A stretch of 46,531 nt of DNA from Flectonema sp. DT1601 (Eukaryota). The first letter of the stretch is position 1. The number at the start of each line of letters is the position of its first letter. The DNA lies in the NCBI GenBank assembly GCA_964019425.1, contig OZ025782.1, positions 1,736,001-1,782,531 on the forward strand, read 5' to 3'. Positions 25,511 to 37,000 of the stretch are shown here, piece after piece. The notes below the pieces were generated by a model. The model did no database searches. It had not been told where the DNA came from and saw nothing but the letters and a program-made list of their open reading frames with translations. The position numbers and the translations under genes are program-made.

Positions 25511-26677
25511 TCTTCGAGTGAAATGAACAAAGAAAAGAAGAAGAATAAGAGACACCAATTTTAGTGATGGCACACGATTAATATGAGAGTTTTATAAGAT
25601 TTGATTTATCGGAGGTTTTTAATTGGACCAAAATCCCATTCACTTAAATGCATGAATAATGATATGCACTCATCGCTGCGATTTTATCGGGCATTAGAAT
25701 TCAACGTGTGTGAATACTGACACTACATACAACAAGAAAATATACAAGAATGCGTGAGTGTAAAGTAGTGGAGAAGTTGCACAATTCTTATTGCAAGAGA
25801 AAAATACTTATGAAAAAAAAAAAAAAAAAAAAAGTGTGTACCGTTTGTGATTGGATATGATCTGGCATTGGAAGCAATTTGTTTTTTCTGATTTTCCCTC
25901 TTCTATTGGTGTGATAGTTATGGATGACTTTATATTGTTAACGGAGTTTTTCGTAACGGATAACCCACATCTATAGGAAAGGGAGTAGAAAAAATGAGTA
26001 ACTTTCTTGCTCTTATCTCACAAAACACACGTAATAACAACGACAACGAAAAGAAAAGAAAAGAAAAAAACTTACTAATTGTGTTTTACTTAATTCTTAC
26101 CAGTTTCTTTTTTTTAAATTTTTTTTTTTTTTTATTGTTTCTGTTCTAGTTTATGAGTAATAACGAACTTCATAGGAATTGATCTATTTTTTTTTTTTTT
26201 TTTTGTGTTTTTTTTTCTTTTTTCTATTTTCCTTTCTCATTCATTTGCTCTTACCTTCAGCAGTTAGTGTATGTTGCGCAATCGCACTTTCACGTGCAAC
26301 ATAGCACGTGGGTAGCCGATTATATGTCGTTTCTCGACGTCTGTGTTTTTTCTAGTTGCTTCGTTCGCTATAAGAGCGTTCTTTTATGCGTCTCTTTGGT
26401 GCGTTCTCGTGCAACGTCCGACTCAATCGCTTATAGCGGTCGCACCATTATTTTTTTTTTCTTTTTCTCTTTCCCCCCTTTTTTTTCCCCCTACATTTTG
26501 AGTGAAAGTCATGCTGCAACAAAGAATCATTTTTGCGAGGGAAAATCAAAATCTCCAATTTCACAAGAACTTTTCTTCATGGGAATAGATCCATAATAGG
26601 GGTTTCCTTTGACTAAAAACAATTTTGTGAGGAAAAATCCACGAATTTCTTTTTTTTTTTTTTGCACCGACGAAGTC

Positions 26678-26806
26678 GGAGATAGAAACTATTCAGATTA
26701 AAAAATCGCTATTTATTATGTCAAATGTTATCCATTTCCCTGTGCCGCCAGTAATGCTGTCCGCGATCAAAACAAAACATAAGGTTGTTGTCTGAATGCT
26801 TTCTCC
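26678..26806. mobile_element. MITE-like element, copy 2
   Basis: Imperfect terminal inverted repeats GGAGATAGAAACTATTCAGA ... TCTGAATGCTTTCTCC. Internal blocks (TGCCG.CAGTA, CGATC, AAGGTT) are colinear with 9633-9755. Confidence 0.6.
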
Positions 26807-28164
26807 CCAATCCCAAGAAATTCACAATACTATTTCCTCACTAGAATTATTCTTTTTACAGTATTACAAGAAGAGAACGGAATAGAAAAAAAAAAAGAAA
26901 AAAAGAAGAAAAAAATTCGCATTTGCGATTAGTGTAGAACATGGTTAAATCTAAATATAAAAGTATCTCACCAAAGACACTTTCGCATTTACATTTAAGT
27001 CGGGTGCTTTCAAACCGCTAGGGTAGTGATATACTCGTAGGGTTACTGATGGAACCGAGTGCAGGATCAGTTTTTTTCTTTTTTTTCATTCTTTTATTGA
27101 GTTTTTAAAATATATATATTTTTTTTTTTTTTTCTTCTTTTTTTTTCTACTGGGTTCGAATCCAAGGAGGAAACAAAAAAAAAAAAAAAAAAATAAATAA
27201 AATAATTAATTAATGTTTGTTAACACCTATTCCTTTCTGAGATGTACTTTTCTTTTTTTTCAGCATTAGTTGTAGCAATTGGCGGTTAAATTAATTTTTA
27301 TCATCCTCAGTTGTTTACTTACAATTACTGTTTTTTAAAAAGAAACCCCTTTTAGTTTTATGTGTAACAGAACAGGGTGTGCAAAAACTAAATAACTAAC
27401 TAACTAAAAAAACTTATAATTTTATTATTTGCGTTGTAAGTGTTTTTATGTTCAACCTTGTACTGGTTACTTCTCTGAAGCAGGTCTATTTTTATAGCTG
27501 TATTCGTTAAGAAAAGCAGCAGTCGGGATGTTTTTCCAAAATATGTGGCAATTAGTCCCGTTTTTTTGTATCCCTACACAATCTGTTTCCCGTAGCGCTG
27601 TGCTACTGTGTAACAAGGTTGAGATGGGGGGGTACTTTGCCTCTCTCCCGCGCCCCTAATCTTTTCTTCCTCACTTTTCTCTTATCGGCAATGGCTCTCT
27701 AGAGTGTTCCCCGAAGCCGGTTCCGAGATGTTCTAGCATCACTCCCTTATTCATAAGATGTGATAGCTTTACGTACAAGAACTGCTCCCTTGATATTGCG
27801 TTGGATTGCATCTTGCATCCACTTCGGACACGACGATGCTCGAGTATTAAGGTAGTTGTGCAATATTCATGGCGTAATAGCTTAACTAATGATCTGAGTG
27901 ACTTGTTTAAACGTAATGGGTAATTTACGGTTATCTCACCCTGGGTTGATGTCATGTTGAACAGGTTGTTATTTATTTATGCATCTGCTTCATCCGCAAC
28001 GTCTTAGGGTATACCTGGTAATCCCATGAACCCATTTTTTCTTGTTAAATACCGGCTGCCGTGGCAATACCAAGCGAGTTTTGCTGGAGTTCGACTTCTT
28101 CCATTATGTTATGCAAGTTTATTTGATTTTCCTAACTAATATCTTCACAGGCCAGACTAACAAA

Positions 28165-29092
28165 ATGGGCAACTGCGGAAACAAGGACGACTGCAAGAAA
28201 ATTGACAAGAAAACGACAAGGCGTTTGTATGAAGCAGAACCGATGGACACATCCATGAGAGACAACAATGATGACAGGCTTAAGACAAAAATAAGAATTC
28301 GAAGAAAAAGTGGAAGTACGAATAGCAGAGGGAAGGAATACCAATTAGATAATATAGAAGAAGAAGAAGAAGACGGTTCTGTTAAGTTTCACATGAGTGG
28401 AAATAAAATGACTAGAAGACTCTCTCGTCCTGGACGATCACCTCCACAATTAAGAACAAGTCTGAGGGAACTTGGTGATACAATTTCTCCTGTGAGAAGT
28501 AGTGGATTTCAATCACCGTCATCACCATCTTTGTTTGGTAGGCAACCTGTTACACCTCGAAAACAACTTCTTCTTCTAGCACAGCAATCAGATGTTGCTG
28601 GTGTTAAACAGCTACTTGAAAATGGAATCAAAGCAGATGAAGTAACTGACAATGATGGAAGATCACCAATAGCTCACGCAGCAATGTGTGGTGATACTCG
28701 TTTGGTAAAACTACTCGTCGCTTACAACGTACCAGTCGACCAGTTAAGTAACGATGGATGGTCACCGCTCCACTTTGCTGTAATGGAACACAGGTTTGAA
28801 ACTGCTAGGTATTTCCTTGAAGAAACCTCAGCCGATGTCAATCAAAAGTCAAAACACGGTTTCACACCTCTTGCCTTAGCAGTAATGAAGAACAACCGAT
28901 CATTAATTGCACTCTTACTAAGTTTTGGTGCTGACAAAGACGCAAAAGATCCGTACGATAAGAATGCTCACGAGCGGTGTGCATAATTTCTATTATTTAT
29001 ATTTCACTTCCCAAAATTCCTAAGAAAACATAAAAACCAACAGAGCTGCCAAGCAAGGTACACCAGAAGTACAAGCGCTACTTATTGAATAG
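28165..29092 (+). CDS. Ankyrin-repeat protein with predicted N-terminal myristoylation/palmitoylation; exons 28165-28976, 29044-29092
   Basis: Starts MGNCG after an AG at 28150. Ankyrin motifs GRSPIAHAAMCG, GWSPLHFAV, GFTPLALAV. Intron 28977-29043 (GTGTGC...AACAG) completes the last repeat: KNAHERAAKQGTPEVQALLIE*. Confidence 0.87.
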
Positions 29093-29456
29093 AAGAACAG
29101 GTTATTAACCTGCTCTTTTCTCTCCTTTTAGTTTTATAGTAACTTATTCTGTTTTTCAGACTCCTGTTGGCTTCTGCCAAACAGTTCATTCTTGCACTTT
29201 GTTTTGAAATCTTCCAGTTTTCTGGTGAACCAACGTATACTTCTGTTGCGGGTTACTTCAGGCGGATTCATCTTTTATAATTCTTGCCCAGTTCACGTTC
29301 TCTGTAATGTTAGAGTAGTTGTAATTAATTTACTTACACAGACTCTATACAAATGGAGTGTCTCACCTCTGCCTACCCTCGAGGTAGTAGGCCTCTCACA
29401 AACTGATAGTCAACTGTTATGAACTGCACCCTTCAACAGCGAAAGCAACTATTCAA

Positions 29457-30521
29457 ATGAGCGAATCGGGAGACCTACAGAGTGAGAAAGAAAAACGTAA
29501 GTCAGAAGAGCAGCCCCCCGCAGTTGAAAAGAAACGAAAGGTCACAATGAGAGACACCAGTGGTATTGAAACTGTCAGTATGGCATTCGTTGAGGAAGTA
29601 ATTACGGAATGGAAAAAATCACGACTAGGAAATGCTGAAAAAAAACAAGAAGAAGAAATACTACTTAAGCTAAATCAAATTGCGAAGAAATGGATCACAA
29701 AAGGGACGGCAACACTCTACGGAAGCAGACTGATCGGAACTGCCTCGTTTAATAGCGATGTGGATGTGTCATTCTCATGGCCTGGTTACCGTCCGGTTAG
29801 TACATCTGAAATGGAGGAAGTTATGAATAAAAAGATCACAAAATTATGTAAAACTTTAGGAGCTAAATCATTTCATCATGCTTACCGCATTCCAGGTAAG
29901 ACTGCAGTCGTTACATGCATCGCTTCGGATACAGGTGTGACTGTAGATGTTACATTTAATAATAACCACGCCGTTGAAGCTTCAAAAGTTCTAGGCGTAG
30001 TGGCAGAGTATTTTCCTGAATTTCCAGCTTCTATGTGGCTACTTAAAAAGTTAGGAAAAGCTCGGAATTTCACTAATCCGAAGCACAAGAAACTAAGCAG
30101 CTATTGTTTATCAGTAATGATGTGTTGGGTGATGCAATTATTAAAGTTGTTGCCTCACTTCACTTCACCAATTACAGAAGACTCTATAAGACAACAATGC
30201 ATTAGTTATAAGTTACAACAAAGAAACTCGAATGAATTAAATTCGATGATGTTATCGAAAATGATCGCTAAATTCTTTACGACATTTCACACAAAACCTG
30301 ATGCTGTCGTCTCTCTGTCTGAGAGAGTTCCTGATAAGGCGGAAACATCAACGCACAAAAGTCCTATTTATGTGTTTGATCCACTTGATAGCACTAACTG
30401 TGGTCGAATGCTTAATGAAATTGGATGGTTGCATGCGTTGTTTGAATTCGGTAGAGCAGTCGACCTCATTAGAAATGATGACAACCTCACAACTTGGTTA
30501 GACTCTAGCGATCCAAACTGA
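29457..30521 (+). CDS. Non-canonical poly(A)/terminal uridylyl polymerase (Cid1/GLD-2/Trf4 family, Pol-beta nucleotidyltransferase fold)
   Basis: LYGSRLIGTASFNSDVDVS (GS...DxD), VDVTFNN (third Asp), LSSYCLSVM, and PAP-associated motif IYVFDPLDSTNCGR. Confidence 0.87.
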   Translation: MSESGDLQSEKEKRKSEEQPPAVEKKRKVTMRDTSGIETVSMAFVEEVITEWKKSRLGNAEKKQEEEILLKLNQIAKKWITKGTATLYGSRLIGTASFNSDVDVSFSWPGYRPVSTSEMEEVMNKKITKLCKTLGAKSFHHAYRIPGKTAVVTCIASDTGVTVDVTFNNNHAVEASKVLGVVAEYFPEFPASMWLLKKLGKARNFTNPKHKKLSSYCLSVMMCWVMQLLKLLPHFTSPITEDSIRQQCISYKLQQRNSNELNSMMLSKMIAKFFTTFHTKPDAVVSLSERVPDKAETSTHKSPIYVFDPLDSTNCGRMLNEIGWLHALFEFGRAVDLIRNDDNLTTWLDSSDPN

Positions 30522-30732
30522 TTTGTATTTTAATTAGATATGTTTCTTATCATATTTTATACAACACGCAGATTACGTATAATTTATAATCCTCCCTAAC
30601 TCTGTTGTCTACTTTAGTAGTGAAAGTATTTGACTGAAAAAATGACTTGTCAATCGTTGTGTTTTTGTAGTAGTGCGCGTTTTTTATAATTCTCTTTTTT
30701 ATTTTTCTCAGTAAAATAATTCGTTACAGGGG

Positions 30733-32313
30733 ATGGACAATCAGCAAGTCCAGGCCCTTGGGGCCCTTCTAGTATTGGCAGCTGAGCAACAGCAACAACA
30801 ACAACAGCAGCAGCATCAGCAACAGCAGCAGCAACAACAACAACAGCAGCAGCAACAGCAGCAGCAGCAAGAGCAATTACAGCAGTTGCAACTCTTACAG
30901 CAACTCCGACAGATGCAACAGGATCAAGAAGAACAGTATAAGCAACATCAGCTACAGGAAAATCTACAGCAGCAACTCCAAGAAGATGGACCAATCACAG
31001 CCTTGTTGGGTCAGAGTTTGAAAAGAGGGAGAGATGATGATGCCGGAGTTTCGTTAGCTTTGGCGGTCATGCAGAAAAAAGGAAAACAACAACAAGAACA
31101 ACAACATCAGCAAAGAGTCCAACAGCAGTTAGAAGTTCAACAACTTCAACAGCAACAGATCGCTCAACAACTCCAACTGTTATCAGGATTAGGTGTTCAT
31201 AATAATCCTCTGGGACTTCCTCCTAGTGGCCTTACAATGAATGGCCCACCTGACAGTCTTGGATTAGATCCAAGTCGGATGGGATCATACGGAAATGGTT
31301 TCCAATTCCGTGAAACAGAACATCAACTAAAACGATCCAGAACTGGTAGCTCTTCTTTAGCAGGTCAGGCCATCGTTAGAAGTGGTGTTGAACTTCCTCG
31401 TCCTTATCATCAAATGAGACCCAGAGTACCTTTTAATCTCTCGTTGGAGGTATGTGATTGTTTTTCTTGTTTGTCTTTTATTATGGATAAAAACATTAAT
31501 TAAAACAACAGGAGGACGCTATTCGCTACACCGAAAACGACAAAATCCTAATTCTGGCTGAAGTTGACTTTGCGTACCCTCTGGCGTTGGCGAAGCACCT
31601 TGGAAATGTATGTGATCTGACTTGATGCCGTTTCAGTTTTTTTTCTGTTGTTTTATAACACCCGATAGTTCACAATTCAGCTTTTCCGTTTTGCTTGGCT
31701 AAATCGGTTTCAAAACGTTTTGTGTTGTTCGTAAAGAGTTTTCTAATTTCCAACTAACAAGACCTTACGCAGGTGATTCCTTGACCTTACCGAATGTATT
31801 CTTATTTAAAAAAAAACCAAAACAGGGAACATCCCTAATTATCTCAACATATAAAACGAAGGAAGATACTAACAGAAATAGTCGGATAAAAGACGCTGTT
31901 GAGGAACTTACGGAGATGAAGGCCACAATATTATTTAAAACTGACGTTGTTGACGCTTTAAGAATGTCACAACAGGTTGACTACGTGAGATGGAATAATC
32001 CTCATAGCAGTGCATTTCCTCGAGTTGGAGTAAAAGAATGCGCAGTGAAGGATTTATTGAAAGTCTCACCAAGCTCACTGAAACAATTCCATGTTGTTAG
32101 TTCGTACAACTTTAGGGAATTTGATTTTCCGACGCTTGCTGATGGTACGGATATGGTGTTTGTGACTGTAGAAAAACATGTAAATCCATTCCCAGACTAT
32201 GACCCTCGTCACGTCAGAGGTAGTGGATACCCGGAACATCCTGGGATAACGTACAGAATCTACTCTTTTCAACCGAGAAATAGAGTACCTGTATCTGACA
32301 CTAAGACAACATC

Positions 32314-32344
<31 letters not shown>

Positions 32345-32506
32345 CAAAACGGTAATCAGAATGAAGATGACGACGATGATGATATCCACAGAGTAATATT
32401 CCAACCTGTGAAACCAAGTATCGTATATGACAATGAAGAACAACCTAATGACAGCACAGTTGAGGTAGATGACGCTGAGGCGAGTAACAATGTGTCTGCT
32501 TCATAA
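30733..32506 (+). CDS. PolyQ N-terminus fused to a DUF2431/Bmt5-like methyltransferase-fold domain; exons 30733-31449, 31512-31607, 31826-32506
   Basis: Phase-0 introns 31450-31511 and 31608-31825 join ORFs 30733 and 31781 through a 96-nt exon (YTENDKILILAEVDFAYPLALAKHLG). Downstream ISTYKT, ATILFKTDV, VRWNNPH and FPDYDPRH parallel the DUF2431 pattern ILLVGEGDFSF...ATS...FNFPH...YPGY. Confidence 0.72.
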
Positions 32507-33035
32507 TGTAAATAAAAAGCATGACATGATATAACTATCAAGCTTTTACGCTACGGGGGTTCGGTTCGCACTGACGTAGTCGACCCTCCATAATTAACTA
32601 ACCCTTTTACTTATAGGCAGCACCGAGCAAAACTACAACACTTTTATCATACTGAGGGAATACCTTTTTATTAAAAAAAATAACAGGTTACTTTTTTTTG
32701 TCATCGTTGTATCGTTATGTTGTTGATTGTGATGTAGCCTGTTGTGGCCACAACAACTTGTTGTTTTTTATTCTTCTTTTTTTTTTTTTTCTTTTCTTTT
32801 GTGATTTTTCTTTGTTTGTTGTTTTTTTTTTCCCCTCATTTTTCAAAAAAAAAGGGAAATGTTATGCCGCGTGAAAGACACACTACTACTGATGTAATTT
32901 AATCATCATTTTTTCTGAAAGCAGGTGGACACAAAAATACCAAGATACAAGTAAAGGTTCTTAACTACCATACCTTTTCTTTAATCAAAATTATTACGTA
33001 TCGCAAACCCAGTCTTTAAAAAAAAAAAAAAAAAA

Positions 33036-33776
33036 ATGACGCTTAGCCAGCCTTCAACAATTGACATAAACGGTGGACTCACCAAGTATTGCACAAATAA
33101 AATAGATGACAACATATCATGCGTGATCCTACATGGTCTTGATAGACATATGAATGATGATGCTTATGTGAGTTCCATGATAAAAGCATCAGAGAAAGTT
33201 GGTTTGGGGTGGTGTACATTCAATGACAGAGGACATGGTGAAGAACCTACTTGGGAGGAACACTCAAAAGGATTAAAAGGTTGGCAACGATCAGCTGATG
33301 ATATGTTAGAATTAAGTAATAAATTAAAAGTTGAAAAGATTATTGCTGGAGGACAAAGCATGGGTTGTGCAACCAGTATGGAAGTTGCTATGCGTGTTCC
33401 TTCAAAAATTCGTGCTCTGATTCTCATGCGGCCTCCAACAATTTGGGAAGGACGTTCCTACTCGAAAGGCCGACTCCAGAAAGCAGCATCTCGCACCTCT
33501 AACGTCATAAAACGTGAAGCTTATATGGAAGCCTCGGAGACTAACCTTTCTTTTACACCTGAACAACTACAGTCTACGTTATCAACAATACCAACTCTCA
33601 TACTGGCTATCCCAAATGATAAAGTTCATCCGATGGAATCGGCAGAACGAATTCATTCTCTTCTACCGAACAACAGCAGACTGGTAGTCGCTGAAACAGA
33701 AGAAGCTGCTGCTGCTGATTGGCCAGCTGTCATTGAGGGGTTTCTTAGAACTATTACTACTAATCATAAATTATAA
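33036..33776 (+). CDS. Alpha/beta-fold hydrolase
   Basis: LHG oxyanion motif, DRGHG, nucleophile elbow GQSMG, PTLILAIPNDKVHP. Confidence 0.9.
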   Translation: MTLSQPSTIDINGGLTKYCTNKIDDNISCVILHGLDRHMNDDAYVSSMIKASEKVGLGWCTFNDRGHGEEPTWEEHSKGLKGWQRSADDMLELSNKLKVEKIIAGGQSMGCATSMEVAMRVPSKIRALILMRPPTIWEGRSYSKGRLQKAASRTSNVIKREAYMEASETNLSFTPEQLQSTLSTIPTLILAIPNDKVHPMESAERIHSLLPNNSRLVVAETEEAAAADWPAVIEGFLRTITTNHKL

Positions 33777-34017
33777 TCTATTATTGTTATTATTATTAGC
33801 ATGAAGTAATAAATTTATCGGGTCTCGTATACTGCTTTACCTTCTCACACATTTGTTGTGGAATAATTATGTCATCTTTTGGGATGTCAGATTTTGTGTC
33901 TTGTGTGAGTTTAGTATTTTAACATCATAATCTTTAGCTATTCCACTCTTCCAGATAACAACTAACAAAAAAAAAAACAACCCAAAAGTAAGCCACATCC
34001 CCAGGCGATCGTTTACA

Positions 34018-37000
34018 ATGAGGCAATGCCGCATAGGTTTGGCACCGATAAAGAACCAGAAAAGGTTAGTTACGGCAGCCACAAAGAGGGTAGTTACACC
34101 ACAGCCGATAGACGAATGGGAAAGGGCTGTAAAAGAAGGTAGGAATCCAGGAATTGCTCATCACGCAGCTGTGATGGCTAGAGCACTGGATCATACTGTT
34201 GAAGTTTATTCTCCTGTAAAGAGAGAGATTGTACCAATTGCTGAGGGTGCTCAGACTGAAGTCCCAATGGACGGTAACCAAGCAACAACTTACATTGCAT
34301 ATGCATGCAGTGAACAAGGAATGATATACCCAATCAGTCCTGCGACTTCAATGGGTGAGCATATGGATAATTGGGCATCAGATGGAAAGAAAAACGTTTT
34401 TGGACAAGTCCCACTTGTTTCCATGATGCAAAGTGAAGCAGGTGCTGCAGGAGCAGTTCATGGATGTTTAACAACTGGATCGCTAGCCACAACATTCACA
34501 GCTTCACAAGGATTATTATTAATGATTCCAAACCTTTATTTAATTGCTGGTGAACTAATGCCTTGTGTCATTCACGTATCTGCTCGTACTATTGCAAAAC
34601 ACTCTCTTTCTATTTTCAATGACCACTCAGACGTTATGGCATGTCGTCAAACCGGCTTTGCTATGCTCTGCAGTTCATCTGTTCAGGAGGTAATGGACCT
34701 GTCTCTATGTAGTCATATATCTACTATAAAATCAAGAGTTCCGTTTATGCATTTCTTTGATGGTTGGAGAACATCTGCGGGTATTCAGAAGATTAAAACA
34801 ATTCCATACGATGAGATTCAAAAAGTTTATCCGTTTACTGAACTTCAAGAAAACCTTCGCAACAAAGCGTTGAACCCGAACCATCCGATTATTAGAGGAG
34901 TTGGACAAAGACCAGATATTTACTACCAAAACTCTGTTGCTGCTAACAAGTTTTACGAAGCCACTCCTGGTATCGTACAAGAAGTTATGGATGAAATAGG
35001 ACAACTTACTGGACGTCACTATAAGTTAGTATCTTACCACGGACATGAACAGGCTGACAGGATTATTATTGTTATGGGAAGTGCATCTGAGACTGTCGCT
35101 GAGACTGTTGACTATTTGAACGATAAAGGACAAAAGGTCGGAGTACTAAAAGTTACTCTATTCAGACCATGGCCTGCTGAAGCTATCTTAGCAGCAATGC
35201 CAAGCTCTGTTTCAAAGATTTGTGTTCTTGACAGAACTAAAGAGGATGGTGCGAGTGGTAACCCTTTGTACCTAGATGTTTGTGCTACTCTTGTTGAAGG
35301 AAGAGCAACTGATAAAACTGTTGTTGGAGGTGTGTTTGGATTGGCATCCAAGGAGTTCACTCCTGCTCAAGTTATATCCGTGTTCGATAATTTAAATCAA
35401 ACACAACCAAAGAATCATTTCAATGTTGGCATCAACGATGATGTCACTCACACATCACTTGACATTGGACCTGAACCCGTTGACATCCTCGGAAAGGACA
35501 CTACCCAGTGTATATTCTGGGGACTAGGAGGAGATGGTACCATCGGTGCTAACAAAGCAGCAATCAAAACAATTAGCATGGATGCTGGTCTATATGGACA
35601 GGCATACTTCAACTATGACTCTCACAAAGAGAATGGAGCTACTATTTCTCATTTAAGATTTGGTTCAAAACCGATCAGATCTGAGTACATGATTTGCAGT
35701 AATGCCGACTACATTGCATGTCATCACCCTTCTTATGTTAGAAAGTACGACATGCTTCAACCACTTGCTGATGGTGGAATCTTTGTTTTAAATTGCACAT
35801 GGAGTTCTATTGAAGAAATTAATGCAAATTTTCCTGACAGACTAAAGAGACAGCTTGCTGAAAAGAACGCAAAGGTTTACTGCATCAACGCTACTAAACT
35901 AGCACTGGATTTAGGATTAGGTCACAGAATTAATACTGTCATGCAGGCATGTTTTTATTTGAGATCGGGTGTTCTTCCTGTTGACGATGCGATTGGTTAT
36001 TTAAAAGGTTCAATTGTTGAATTGTATTCAAAGAAAGGTCAGAAGGTTGTTGAGGCTAATCAATCTGCCGTGGATGCTGCTTCTGATAATCTAATTGAAA
36101 TTTCATATCCACTGGAAGAATGGAAGAACTCTTCCGGAACATCATTCACTGCTGAAGGTGTAACAAGAGAGTTATTTGTACATAAGAATATCCCTTCTGA
36201 AGTTAATCAACATGTTGATTCTTTCATTGAGCGAATGATGGACCCGATGCTTGAGCTTGAAGGAGACAACCTACCAGTATCAGCAATGACTCCTGGTGGT
36301 TACATGCCATCAGCTACTTGCATGCAAGAAAAACGTGGCCTTGCTCCTGAAATCCCAGTCTGGGAAGCCGACAAGTGCACTCAATGCAACTACTGTGCCA
36401 TTGTCTGCCCTCACGCTGTCATTAGACCATTTTTAGTAACCAAAAATGAAGTAAAAGAAGCACCTCAAGGTTTTGAAACCAGAAAAGCTCAAGGTGCTAC
36501 AGAACTGGGTGGTTATAATTACACAATTCAATTGGCGTCAATGGACTGTACTGGATGCGCTATCTGTGTCGCCTCATGTCCAGACGATGCTCTTTATATG
36601 GCACCGTTTGAGGAAGTTGCGGAAAAACAGGTTCCAAACTGGGAGTTTGCAATTAACTTGCCACCTAGAAATCCAATTGGGATTAATACGGTGAAGGGTT
36701 CTCAATTTCAAGTTCCGTTGTTGGAGTTTTCAGGAGCATGTCCAGGATGTGGAGAAACTCCGTACGTGAAGTTGTTGACGCAGTTGTTTGGTGATCGACT
36801 CGTCATCGCCAACGCCTCAGGATGCTCATCAGTTTGGGGAGGAACTGCTGGAACTAATCCATACACTGTTACTAAAGATGGAAGAGGACCAGCTTGGGGT
36901 AGATCTCTCTTTGAAGACACTGCTGAGTATGGATTTGGAATGGCTCTCAGTTTAAAACATCGAAGAGAAGGTCTCCGCACTCAAGTTCAAAACGTTCTTG

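Noticed and set aside
27151..27163. GGTTCGAATCC tRNA T-loop/B-box motif
   Set aside because: It is flanked by T- and A-runs, with no D-arm, anticodon arm or acceptor stem.
32550..32565. CTACGGGGGTTCGG resembling the reverse complement of 17088-17100
   Set aside because: Only about 9-10 nt match, which is too short to call a repeat family.
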